Source: Chloroflexota bacterium
GTDB lineage: Bacteria; Chloroflexota; UBA6077; JACCZL01
DNA length: 64,000 nt
NCBI GenBank assembly: GCA_030447245.1
Contig: JAUJPG010000011.1
Span: forward strand, 67,079-131,078
Reading direction: 5' to 3'
The position numbers were made by a program, and so were the translations under genes. Shown one piece after another: positions 1 through 9,137 of this stretch (position 1 is the first letter of the stretch; each line of letters starts with the position of its first letter). The notes beneath the pieces are model-generated. The model searched no databases. It was given only the letters and a program-made list of their open reading frames with translations, and was not told where the DNA came from.

Positions 1-2
1 TC

Positions 3-782
3 GCCTGCAAGGAGTGGAACCAGCTTCCCGCCACCCGTGGCGGCGAGGCATCGTTGAGCGGCGACAGCTACGACAACACCGTCGCGCTCAGCGGGACCGA
101 CTGGCGGCACGTAAAGTTCATCGAGCAGTTCAACCCGGACCGTGTTGGCGGTCGGTGGTTGATGATGAGCGACGTCTGCAAGCATTGCGTCCAGGCCGGT
201 TGTCTGGAGGCGTGCCCGACTGGTGCGATCATCCGGACCGAGTTCGATACCGTGGTGATCCAGGCCGATGTCTGCAACGGTTGCCGCTACTGCATCTCAG
301 CCTGCCCGTTCGACGTGATCGGGATCAACGAGGTGACGAATACGGCTCAGAAGTGCACGTTGTGCTACGACCGGTTGCAGGTCGGGATGACGCCGGCCTG
401 TGCTCAGGCGTGCCCGACCGCCTCGATTCAGTTTGGGCCGATCACCAGCCTGCGCGAGCGTGCCGACGCGCGCGTGGCCCAGCTCCAGGCGACCGGTGCC
501 CAGGCGTACGTCTACGGCAAGGAAGACATGCTGGGAGGGCTGAACTCGTTCTACCTGCTGGTCGACAAGCCCTCGGTGTACGGCTTGCCCGAAAATCCGC
601 AACTGCCGAGCAAGCAGGCCGGACTTGGTTGGCTTGCTGGCATGGGCAGCGCCGTGGTCGGCGGGCTACTCGGCGCGCTGTCGTTCCGTAAGCATCGGAT
701 GGACGAGCGGCGGCCAGTTGTCGCCGAGTCCCTGCCGCGGGATAGGCGGGAAGTCGAGACGCGCGACGAGGTGCGGCGATGA
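3..782 (+). CDS. fdnH: Formate dehydrogenase-N type iron-sulfur (beta) subunit, 5' partial (continues upstream of window)
   Basis: Frame 3 reads ACKEWNQ...CKHCVQAGCLEACP...CNGCRYCISACPF...CTLCYDRL...CAQACPT, i.e. four 4Fe-4S Cys clusters plus a C-terminal TM helix. The frame is open to the window edge with no start codon. Confidence 0.85.
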   Translation, partial: ACKEWNQLPATRGGEASLSGDSYDNTVALSGTDWRHVKFIEQFNPDRVGGRWLMMSDVCKHCVQAGCLEACPTGAIIRTEFDTVVIQADVCNGCRYCISACPFDVIGINEVTNTAQKCTLCYDRLQVGMTPACAQACPTASIQFGPITSLRERADARVAQLQATGAQAYVYGKEDMLGGLNSFYLLVDKPSVYGLPENPQLPSKQAGLGWLAGMGSAVVGGLLGALSFRKHRMDERRPVVAESLPRDRREVETRDEVRR

Positions 783-1693
783 ACCCGGCCCTGATCGAGC
801 GAGCTAATGCTGTCCACTGGGAGTGGATGGTGTATCTCGAAATGTGGATTGCGGGCATCGCCGCTGGCGCGTACGCAACGGCCGCGCTGCTCGAGTGGTT
901 CGGACAGGGCCGCTCGCCGATCGCGCGGGCGGCCCACCTGCTCACGATGCCGCTGATGGCGCTCGCAGCGCTGCTGCTGATCGTGGACCTGAGCCGCCCC
1001 GAACGGTTCTTCCACATGATCGTGCAGGTCAAGACCTGGCTGCCGAGTTTCAAACCCTGGTCTCCGATGTCAATCGGATCGTGGTTGGTGCTCGCTTTCC
1101 CAGTCTTCGCGTTCGTCTCATTCGTTGACGCGTTGATCGACCGCGGCATGTTCCGCCTGGGCAGCTGGCGGCGGGAGCGGACACTCCACGGCAGCAGCCT
1201 CGGTCGGATCTGGGCGACGCTCGGAGGACTCCTCGCACTCGGTGTGGGCACCTACTCCGGCGTGCTGCTGAGCGCGTCTGAGTTTCCTGGCTGGGCCGAC
1301 TCCTCGCTGATCGGCGCGCTGTTCGTCGTGACGGCGCTGGCGACCGGCATGGCCGCGCTGCTGGTGATTTCGGGGCTCGGGCGGGCAGTTGCTCCACCCG
1401 ACTTGCGCGACCTCGCCAGGGCGGCGACGTTCATGGTGGTCTGGCAGATGGTGTTGCTTGTGATGTTCGTCATCAGCCTGGGGCCGAGCGGCGCGCGGGT
1501 GTACCTGACGGGCCCTTACCTGCTGGCCTTGATCGGGGCGGCGATCCTCGCCGGCATCGCCCCGATCGCTTTGCTCCGGTTCGGAGCCACCCGGCTGCGA
1601 CCGGCCACGGCGGCGCTCGGCGGCATCACGATGCTGCTCGGAGGGTTCCTTCTGCGGTACGCGATCGTCATGGGACCCCAGGCACATGGCTGA
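779..1693 (+). CDS. Membrane anchor subunit of formate dehydrogenase / NrfD-PsrC family polytopic membrane protein
   Basis: ATG overlaps the fdnH stop (ATGA). The 304-aa product has about 8 predicted TM helices and typical NrfD-like composition, in operon position after the FeS subunit. Confidence 0.7.
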   Translation: MNPALIERANAVHWEWMVYLEMWIAGIAAGAYATAALLEWFGQGRSPIARAAHLLTMPLMALAALLLIVDLSRPERFFHMIVQVKTWLPSFKPWSPMSIGSWLVLAFPVFAFVSFVDALIDRGMFRLGSWRRERTLHGSSLGRIWATLGGLLALGVGTYSGVLLSASEFPGWADSSLIGALFVVTALATGMAALLVISGLGRAVAPPDLRDLARAATFMVVWQMVLLVMFVISLGPSGARVYLTGPYLLALIGAAILAGIAPIALLRFGATRLRPATAALGGITMLLGGFLLRYAIVMGPQAHG

Positions 1694-1889
1694 GGTGCAG
1701 CGTGCTTTCGCCCTGGTCCTGCTCATCGGCAGCCTGACGCTGGCAGCCTGCAGCCCGGAGGCGACTCGGGCACGCAGCGGGGGTCCGGGGGCTGACCAGG
1801 GCAACCGCGGAGCTGACGTCGACATGCACGGTCAACGCAATCCAGCCTTCCGGGTTCCGGCCCGCAACCCGGGCCTGCTGGCAGGATAG
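1686..1889 (+). CDS. Small putative lipoprotein (67 aa)
   Basis: ATG overlaps the stop of the membrane subunit. Signal peptide with lipobox LTLAAC; no recognisable domain. Confidence 0.35.
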   Translation: MAEVQRAFALVLLIGSLTLAACSPEATRARSGGPGADQGNRGADVDMHGQRNPAFRVPARNPGLLAG

Positions 1890-2204
1890 GTCCTCCTCGG
1901 AGCCTGCCTCCCCGCCCTCACCCGTAGCCTCCTCAGTGTGGACTGGATCGCGGCCAGTCAACGCACGGCTCCGCGGCGTCAGCACAGGCCCGGCGCAGAC
2001 GAAGCAGTCCGACGAGTGCCAAAAGGGGGGTCGGCGTGCGCGGCCCGCGCTCCGAATTGGCGGGTCCTGCGAAGTTCCTGAGTCCCTCTCACCTCAACCG
2101 TGATTGTGCGTGGGCCTCCTGACCGGGACGGGATTACCCCTGGAGGGGCGTTCGCGACAGTACAATCAGGTTGCCATACTATGCGGCTCGCGTGGAGACC
2201 CCGG

Positions 2205-2630
2205 ATGCCGATTTACGATTATCGCTGTACCGCCTGCGGGCGACGTTCAAGCCTCTTTTACCAGACGTTCTCGGCCGCCGAGAGCGCCGAGCCGCGCTGC
2301 GAGCACTGCGCCTCGGCCGACGTCTCGCGCCTCGTCTCGCGTGTGGCGCAGATCAGGTCGGAGGAGAGCCGGCTTGACGACATGGGCGATGAGAGCGCCC
2401 TTGCCGACGTCGACGAGAACGACCCGCGCAGCATTGCTCGCTGGGCGCGCAAGATGGGCGAGCAGCTTGGCGACGAGGCGGGCGACGACTTCAAGGAGAT
2501 GGTCGACCAGATGGAGGCCGGCGAGATGCCCGACGACGGAGCCATGGATGGTGGCGCGGAGCACGGGCTGGACAGCTTCCCGGGGGCTGGCGCCGAGCTG
2601 GGCGGCGCCGGTCACTTTGGGGACGACTGA
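2205..2630 (+). CDS. FmdB-family zinc-ribbon protein (putative regulatory protein)
   Basis: Starts MPIYDYRCTACG...EPRCEHC (the FmdB CxxC...CxxC signature at the N-terminus) followed by an acidic tail. ATG at 2205. Confidence 0.75.
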   Translation: MPIYDYRCTACGRRSSLFYQTFSAAESAEPRCEHCASADVSRLVSRVAQIRSEESRLDDMGDESALADVDENDPRSIARWARKMGEQLGDEAGDDFKEMVDQMEAGEMPDDGAMDGGAEHGLDSFPGAGAELGGAGHFGDD

Positions 2631-2656
2631 CCGCCGAGGTAGTCCACCCCCGCGGT

Positions 2657-3757
2657 CTAGTCGCCGAAGCAGATCCCGAGGTCGCGCGCCGTCCTGACCC
2701 GCTCGCCATCGGGTGGGACCGTCTTGCGTACGCCGACCGCGTCGCTGAGCGGAACTGCGACGATCTCGGCGCCACGCAGGGCGACCATCGCGCCAAATTC
2801 TCCGCGTTCGACCAGGTGGGCCGCCGCGGCCCCCAGTCGCGTCGCCAGCACGCGGTCGAACGGACTCGGGCTCCCTCCGCGCTGGAGGTGCCCCAGGATG
2901 GCGCAACGGACCTCGTGGTGGATCCGTTGACCAAGCTCTTCGGCCAGCCAGTGGCCGACGCCACCCAGGCGGACGCTAATCGCCAGGGGATCCTGCCTCT
3001 GGAGTGTCATTGCCTGACTGCCGACCTGGTGCGCCCCCTCGGCGATGACGATGATGCTGAATTTGCCGCCCCGCCGATCGCGCTCCTGGACGTACTCAGC
3101 AATCCGCTCAAGTCGGAACGGGATCTCTGGCAGCAAGATGACCTCGACACCGCCGGCGATGCCGGCCTCGAGTGCGATCCAACCGCTGTGGCGCCCCATT
3201 ACCTCCACGATCATCACGCGGTGGTGGCTCTCAGCGGTCGACTGGAGCTTGTCGATGGCGTCGGTCGCGGTGGCGACTGCGGTGTCGAAGCCGAACGTAA
3301 TGTCTGTCGCGGATAGATCGTTGTCGATCGTCTTGGGTACACCCACGATCGGGACGCCGGTCTGGGACAGCTTTAGCCCGATGCTCTGCGACCCGTCTCC
3401 ACCGACCACGACGAGCGCGCCGACGCCCAGTTCGCGCAGCCGGGCCAGCGCGTCTCCGGAGCGGTCGACCGTTTGCACCGTGCCGTCCACCAGGGTCTTG
3501 TAGTTGAACGGGTCGCCGCGGTTGCTTGTCCCGAGGATCGTCCCGCCGCGCGGCAGGAGCCCGCGGACGTGCTCAACGCGGAGCTCACGCACGCCGTCCG
3601 GGCGGAACAGACCCTCGAACCCGTCCAGGATGCCGCAGACGCTCCAATCGAAGCGTGCGTCGGCGGTCTTGACGAACGCCCGCAGCACCGCGTTGAGCCC
3701 CGGACAGTCGCCGCCGCCGGTCAGGATGCCGACGCGCTTGAGGCCACCGTGTGGCAT
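2657..3757 (-). CDS. pfkA: 6-phosphofructokinase (ATP- or PPi-dependent PFK family)
   Basis: MPHGGLKRVGILTGGGDCPGLNAVLRAF...GGDGS...MGR motifs. RBS GGGGGAG lies upstream of the ATG at 3757. The ORF extends to 3796 but the conserved N-terminus begins at 3757. Confidence 0.9.
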   Translation of the reverse strand: MPHGGLKRVGILTGGGDCPGLNAVLRAFVKTADARFDWSVCGILDGFEGLFRPDGVRELRVEHVRGLLPRGGTILGTSNRGDPFNYKTLVDGTVQTVDRSGDALARLRELGVGALVVVGGDGSQSIGLKLSQTGVPIVGVPKTIDNDLSATDITFGFDTAVATATDAIDKLQSTAESHHRVMIVEVMGRHSGWIALEAGIAGGVEVILLPEIPFRLERIAEYVQERDRRGGKFSIIVIAEGAHQVGSQAMTLQRQDPLAISVRLGGVGHWLAEELGQRIHHEVRCAILGHLQRGGSPSPFDRVLATRLGAAAAHLVERGEFGAMVALRGAEIVAVPLSDAVGVRKTVPPDGERVRTARDLGICFGD

Positions 3758-3856
3758 TGCTCCCCCGATCCGATGGGGATTATAGAGGCCGGTCACGGCA
3801 CGGTTCCTGGGCGAACGCGTGGCACGTCCGGTAGCGATGACCTATGCTTCGCGTAC

Positions 3857-4636
3857 ATGGACCAGCCCAAGCTGATCGAGGAGCCGGCGGCCAGACTTGC
3901 CCGCCGGATCGCCCACGCGTCGCGGATCGTGGCGTTCACCGGCGCCGGCGTCAGCACCGAGTCTGGGATCCCGGACTTCCGCAGCCCTGGCGGGGTCTGG
4001 GACCGATTCGCGCCGATCGAGTTCCAGGCTTTCCTGGCTGACCCCGAGGCACGCCGCGAGACGTGGCGCCGTGGCTTGCACACCTACCCGGTTGTGGCGG
4101 CTGCCGAGCCGAACGCGGCGCACCTGGCGCTGGTCGAGCTGGAGCGCGACGGTAAGCTGAGCGCGGTCATCACGCAGAACATCGACGGCTTGCACCAGCG
4201 CGCCGGCCACAGCCCTGAGCAGGTCATCGAGCTACACGGCAATGCCCACGGCGTGCGCTGCCTCGGCTGCGGCGCCTGGTCGTCCCGCGACGCGGTCCAC
4301 CGGCGGGTGCTGGAGGGTGACGATGAGCCGGTCTGCCGTGCCTGCGGCGGGCTGCTCAAGCCAACCAGCGTCTCATTCGGCGAGCCGATGCCGTGGGATG
4401 AGGTTCGCCGCGCCGAGCGGGCTGCGTGTGCGAGCGACCTCCTGCTGGTGATTGGCTCGTCGCTGGTGGTCTATCCAGCCGCGGCGATCCCACGCGGAGC
4501 CGTCCAGACGGGCGTGCCGATGGCCATCCTGAATGCGACTGAGACGCCACTGGACGGACTCGCCGGAGTGGTCGTACGCGGGCGCGCCGCGGAGTTGCTG
4601 CCCGCTATCGTCCAGCAGGCTAAGCGACGGGTGTGA
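3857..4636 (+). CDS. cobB: NAD-dependent protein deacylase, Sir2 family
   Basis: GAGVSTESGIPDFR...QNIDGLH...CxxC...CxxC zinc ribbon...GSSLVVYPAA. ATG at 3857, inside a longer ORF. Confidence 0.85.
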   Translation: MDQPKLIEEPAARLARRIAHASRIVAFTGAGVSTESGIPDFRSPGGVWDRFAPIEFQAFLADPEARRETWRRGLHTYPVVAAAEPNAAHLALVELERDGKLSAVITQNIDGLHQRAGHSPEQVIELHGNAHGVRCLGCGAWSSRDAVHRRVLEGDDEPVCRACGGLLKPTSVSFGEPMPWDEVRRAERAACASDLLLVIGSSLVVYPAAAIPRGAVQTGVPMAILNATETPLDGLAGVVVRGRAAELLPAIVQQAKRRV

Positions 4637-4677
4637 CCGCGCTCTGCGCGTGACCGTTTGGATCGGGTGAGCGCTGG

Positions 4678-6147
4678 ATGCGGACGGCCCGTTTCGACGA
4701 CGCTGTCGCCGCGGCGCTTGACGAGGCGGCCAGGCGCCGTCTGCTTCTGATCGCCAGGTGTCAGGATCGCCAGACCCTGACCCTCGCGGTCAGGGCCGGT
4801 CAGAGCGGTCGTGCACAGAGCCGCCGGATGGTCGGGATCGGCGTCCAGGTGTTCACGGAGCGGGGCTGGTGCGGGTTTGCCGCGAGCGACGACTGGTCGC
4901 CTCGCGCAGTCCGCGAGCTGATCCGCCAGGCTGACGGGATGGCCCGTGCGAGCGGTTCGTTCGAGCCTGACGCAAATCACGCGGCGTTCGCACTCGAACC
5001 CGGCGAGCGGCGGGTGCTCCCGAGGATCGGCCCGAGCGCGACGCCTCGAGTGGAGGCACTGCTCGCGGCGCTCCGAGACGCCAACGGCGCCCTGGCGGAC
5101 CTGGACGGCATCGTCGTCCGGAGTCGCTGTTCGATCGTCGACGACGAATGGCGAATCGTCCGTAGCGACGGGACGGATGTGTCGTTTGCCCTGACGCACG
5201 CCAATCCGCGGCACGATCTGACCGGTCTGTCCGAACCAATCGCCGTCACCGCCTCTGCGTGGGGCAGGGACGGCAGCGTGCTGTTCGACGCCGATGCTGT
5301 CATCGGGTGGGAACGACGTGCGCGCCGCGTTGTGGCCCATGCCCGAGCGGCTCTCGGAGCCCCCGCGCTTGCGCTGGGCAGCGCGAACGTGGTTATCGAC
5401 GCGAGGCTTGCCAAGGGGCTGGCGCACGAAGCTTTCGGCCATGGCTGCGAGACAGACGTCGCGCCGATCTCCGTCCTGGCGACCGACGGTCGCCTGCGCA
5501 TCGGGGAGCGGGTCGGTCCAGAGCACGTCTCGATCCTTGATGAGCCGCTCCACGGCGACCCGGCGAGCCAGCCGATCAGCGCCAATGGGCTCGTCCGCCA
5601 GCCCGTCGAGATCGTCCGCGCCGGGCTCCTCGCTGGTGGCCTCGGCGATCTTTTCTCGTCCGGGGCAGCGGGGGTACCGATCACCGGCGCCTGTCGCGCG
5701 GAGAGCTACCGTGAGCGCCCCACCCCGCGCATGACCAACACTCGGATCGTGGTTGATCGGACGCTGGCCCTCGACGGCGACGCCGAGGATCCTCCGCCCG
5801 AGGTGGTGGCGGCTGCGCTACGATCGGCCGGCCTGTGGCGCGTGGGCGAGTCGACACTCTACTTGACTGGCTACCGGGGCGGCCAGGCGCATCCGTCCCA
5901 GGGCGACTTCGTGTTTGCCAGCGCCGCGACCTACGATCTCTCAGACGACTGCGCGCCGCGACGCCCGGCGGTGTTGAGCGGGCGGACCGAGTCTGTGCTG
6001 TGGGCGATTCAGGCCGGCCTGGGCAAGCTCCAGATCGACACGGTCGGGCTGTGTGGAAAGAACGGGGCGAACGTGGTCAGCAGCGGCGGCTCGCACGCGC
6101 TGCTGGTGCTCGGCGCGCGGGCCGACCTGAAGGTGGGTGGCGGATGA
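4678..6147 (+). CDS. tldD: TldD-family metalloprotease
   Basis: 489 aa with an HEAFGHGCE motif; TldD/PmbA fold family. Confidence 0.85.
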   Translation: MRTARFDDAVAAALDEAARRRLLLIARCQDRQTLTLAVRAGQSGRAQSRRMVGIGVQVFTERGWCGFAASDDWSPRAVRELIRQADGMARASGSFEPDANHAAFALEPGERRVLPRIGPSATPRVEALLAALRDANGALADLDGIVVRSRCSIVDDEWRIVRSDGTDVSFALTHANPRHDLTGLSEPIAVTASAWGRDGSVLFDADAVIGWERRARRVVAHARAALGAPALALGSANVVIDARLAKGLAHEAFGHGCETDVAPISVLATDGRLRIGERVGPEHVSILDEPLHGDPASQPISANGLVRQPVEIVRAGLLAGGLGDLFSSGAAGVPITGACRAESYRERPTPRMTNTRIVVDRTLALDGDAEDPPPEVVAAALRSAGLWRVGESTLYLTGYRGGQAHPSQGDFVFASAATYDLSDDCAPRRPAVLSGRTESVLWAIQAGLGKLQIDTVGLCGKNGANVVSSGGSHALLVLGARADLKVGGG

Positions 6148-7460
6148 ATCTGGCGGATGGGCTGGCCGATTGGCTTAGTGGCCAGCCGGTCTGGGGTGGC
6201 GCCGAGGTGGTCGGCTGGCGCTTCGAACTGGCCGAGGAGGAGAGGCTGCACGCCGGCCTTCGAGGCGGGCGGCTTGGCGGCCCGTACCATCCGCCCGGCA
6301 TCTCAACACTGGTGAGCGGCGAGCTGGATCTCCGTTGGTCTGACGGGCTGCGGACGCTCGCAACGCTGGACCGCCGGGTCGCCAGCGAACGGGAGACTGC
6401 ACTGGCCGCGTGGCGAGCGGAGGCATTCCGCGATCAATCCGCGCCGCCGATCCCCGGCCCGTGTGCCTGTCCGACGGTCGACACGGCCGATCCCCGCGTC
6501 GAGCAGATCGTCCGCGACGACCGTCGGCCATTCCTAGAACTGCTCGGCCGCGCGCGAGCTGCCGGCCGGAGAGAGGGATGCGCGGAGCTAGACGCGACCG
6601 CGGTACTTGGACGCAGCGGACGCACCATCGTTAGCTCCCGCGGGCTGGCGGTCTGCTTTCCCGAGACGACCTGCTCGCTCACCGTGGCGGTCGGCGACCT
6701 GTACGAGGCCGAATTCGCTAAGCGGCGTCTGCCACGGGAGGACGAGCTGGCCGAGCTAGTCGACCGCACGACCCGCACCGCGACGGCGCTCCGCCGCGAA
6801 GAGCAGCTGCCGCCCGGCTCCCTGTCGGTGCTCTTGCTGCCCGAAGTCGTCGAGGCCATGGCCAGGCACTTCCTCGGCGGCAATCTCGCGGGGCGCGCGG
6901 TGTTGGACGGGCGCTCTGCCTTCTCGCTCAAAGCCTTTCGAGACGGTCAGCTCGTTGCTCGCCAGGACCTGGAGGTGATCGTCGACACGACGCTGCCCCT
7001 GGAGTTGGCGACAACGCCGTGCAGCGCCGAAGGTGTCCCTGGTGGGCGGGTGGCGCTCATCGCCGGCGGACGGCTGGTGACGCCGACGCTGGGGATGGCC
7101 CAGGCCCAGAGGTGTGGGTTGCCACCGACGCCGACCCCGCGCGGCGCGCCGGCTCTGCTCTTTCGGGTCACGGGGTCTGAGATCGAACTGGACGAGGCCT
7201 GCGCTCGGCTCGACCGTGGCCTGATCGTGTCGTTTGTCATGGGGCTTCACACCCAACCTGCGCGCACGGGCAGCTACGCGGTCGCGGCACCGCAAGCGCA
7301 GCTCGTGCGGAACGGGGCGGCCGGCGGTCGAGTTCGCGTGCGCCTGGCCGGCAACCTGTTCGACCACCTTCGGGACCGGTCGGCCGCGTTCGTCCGCGTG
7401 CCGCGCGCCCTGAATCCTGGGCTGCTGCTCGCCGAGACGCTCGCAGTTCGGGCGAGCTGA
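6144..7460 (+). CDS. pmbA: TldE/PmbA-family protein (TldD partner)
   Basis: ATG at 6144 overlaps the tldD stop (ATGA). MNLADGLADWL...; a second TldD/PmbA-fold paralog in tandem. Confidence 0.8.
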   Translation: MNLADGLADWLSGQPVWGGAEVVGWRFELAEEERLHAGLRGGRLGGPYHPPGISTLVSGELDLRWSDGLRTLATLDRRVASERETALAAWRAEAFRDQSAPPIPGPCACPTVDTADPRVEQIVRDDRRPFLELLGRARAAGRREGCAELDATAVLGRSGRTIVSSRGLAVCFPETTCSLTVAVGDLYEAEFAKRRLPREDELAELVDRTTRTATALRREEQLPPGSLSVLLLPEVVEAMARHFLGGNLAGRAVLDGRSAFSLKAFRDGQLVARQDLEVIVDTTLPLELATTPCSAEGVPGGRVALIAGGRLVTPTLGMAQAQRCGLPPTPTPRGAPALLFRVTGSEIELDEACARLDRGLIVSFVMGLHTQPARTGSYAVAAPQAQLVRNGAAGGRVRVRLAGNLFDHLRDRSAAFVRVPRALNPGLLLAETLAVRAS

Positions 7461-7522
7461 TAGCGTCATCCGAGAAACGGGGTGGTATACTGGCCCGACA
7501 CGATGCAGGTGTTGACTCCCGC

Positions 7523-7948
7523 ATGACGCAGGCGAGCCGCATCCTGGTTCCAGTCAACGGGAACCCCACCGATGCCGAGATGATCGAGTTGGCCTGCGAG
7601 ATTGCGAAGCGCAGCAAGGGGCTCGTGTATGCCATCCACGTCATCGAGGTGAAGCGGACGATGCCGCTGGACGCGGAGCTTCCGGCCGAGGCGCAGCGGG
7701 GCGAGGACGTGCTCAACCAGGCTGAGCTGGCCGCGGAACACCTGGATCAGGAGATCGAAACGGACCTGCTCCAGGCCCGCGACGTTGGGCCCGCGCTTGT
7801 GGACGAGGCGTTGGAGCGCGGGATCGATCTCATCTTGCTTGGCGTCACCAACAAGAGGCGGCTTGGCGACTTCGACCTGGGCAGGACGGCTCCGTACCTG
7901 CTGAAGCACGCCCCGTGTCGAGTCTGGGTGTGCCGCGAGGCCACGTGA
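7523..7948 (+). CDS. Universal stress protein (UspA family)
   Basis: 141 aa; ILVPVNGNPTDAEMIELACEIAK...LILLG...VWVC, the typical USP architecture. Confidence 0.8.
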   Translation: MTQASRILVPVNGNPTDAEMIELACEIAKRSKGLVYAIHVIEVKRTMPLDAELPAEAQRGEDVLNQAELAAEHLDQEIETDLLQARDVGPALVDEALERGIDLILLGVTNKRRLGDFDLGRTAPYLLKHAPCRVWVCREAT

Positions 7949-7987
7949 TCGGCAGGCTGGCCCCATGTGGTGCGCGAAGGTAGCGTG

Positions 7988-8407
7988 ATGTACGTCGTAA
8001 TCATGGGATGCGGGCGGGTCGGGGCCCGTCTAGCCAAGCTGCTGGTGAATGCCGGACACGAGGTGGCGGTACTCGATGCCTCCAGCGGCGCGCTTGAGCG
8101 CCTTGGTACCGAATTCCCGGGGACCACGATGGTGGGTAGCGGGACCGACGTCGAGACGCTGCGCCGCATCGGCATTGAACGCGCTGACGCCTTCGCGGCC
8201 GTGACCCAGGGCGACAATCGGAACATCATGGCCTCGCAAATCGCCAAGCACATCTTCAACGTGCCGCGCGTGCTGACGCGGATCTACGATCCGATCCGCA
8301 CCGACACGTTCAAGGCGCTCGGGCTAGAGGCGATCAGTCCGACAGTGATCGGCGCGAAGGTCTTTTACACCATGCTCACCGACGAAGAGAGCCAGGAGAA
8401 CGTCTAG
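7988..8407 (+). CDS. TrkA-N (NAD-binding) domain protein, K+ transport regulator
   Basis: MYVVIMGCGRVGARLAKLL, a Rossmann GxGxxG, followed by TrkA-N motifs. Confidence 0.7.
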   Translation: MYVVIMGCGRVGARLAKLLVNAGHEVAVLDASSGALERLGTEFPGTTMVGSGTDVETLRRIGIERADAFAAVTQGDNRNIMASQIAKHIFNVPRVLTRIYDPIRTDTFKALGLEAISPTVIGAKVFYTMLTDEESQENV

Positions 8408-8409
8408 CC

Positions 8410-9072
8410 GTGTACATCATCGTCGCCGGTGGCGGGAAGGTCGGTTTCTACCTGGCGCGCGAGTTGGTCGCCCAGGGCAATGAGGTGCTGGTCATCGAGA
8501 AGGACCGTGGGCGGGTCGCCGAGATGACCAGCGATCTCGGTAGCGTCGTGCTGAGGGGCAACGCCGACGAGGCGTCGGTGCTGGCTGAGGCGGGAACGAA
8601 CCGAGCCGACGTTGTCGTCGCCGTAACTGGCGATGATGAGGACAACCTGGTCATCTGCCAGGTGGCGAAGCGACGCTTCAACGTCCCGCGGACCATCGCC
8701 AGGATTAACAATCCGGCGAACGAGCAGATCTTCCGCCTGCTCGGAATCGACGCAACTGTGAGCAGCACGGAGGTCATCCTGTCGGTCATCGAGCAGGAGA
8801 TCCCATCCGACTCGATGGTGCCACTGGTCCGCCTGCGCGACAGCGATGTTGAGATTGTCGAGGCCACGCTGCCTCTCGGTTCGCCGCTCGCGGGGACGGC
8901 GCTCCGCGACCTGGACCTGCCGCCAGAATCGATTGTCGCGATCGTCATCCGGGACGGCGAACCAATTTTTCCGGGCGGCGGGACTGCCCTGCAGGCGGGT
9001 GACGCGCTGATCGCCCTGACCCGCTCGACGCACGAAGAAGAGCTGCGGCAAACGTTTTTCGCCCGCCGCTAG
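8410..9072 (+). CDS. trkA: TrkA/KtrA-family K+ uptake regulatory protein (TrkA-N + TrkA-C)
   Basis: GTG start. MYIIVAGGGKVGFYLAREL; the C-terminal part is a TrkA-C like domain. Confidence 0.8.
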   Translation: MYIIVAGGGKVGFYLARELVAQGNEVLVIEKDRGRVAEMTSDLGSVVLRGNADEASVLAEAGTNRADVVVAVTGDDEDNLVICQVAKRRFNVPRTIARINNPANEQIFRLLGIDATVSSTEVILSVIEQEIPSDSMVPLVRLRDSDVEIVEATLPLGSPLAGTALRDLDLPPESIVAIVIRDGEPIFPGGGTALQAGDALIALTRSTHEEELRQTFFARR

Positions 9073-9137
9073 GCACCATGACCCGACCCGCGCTGACGCG
9101 CCTGCGCACTCTCCCGGGTGTTCCGATGATGGTCAGG

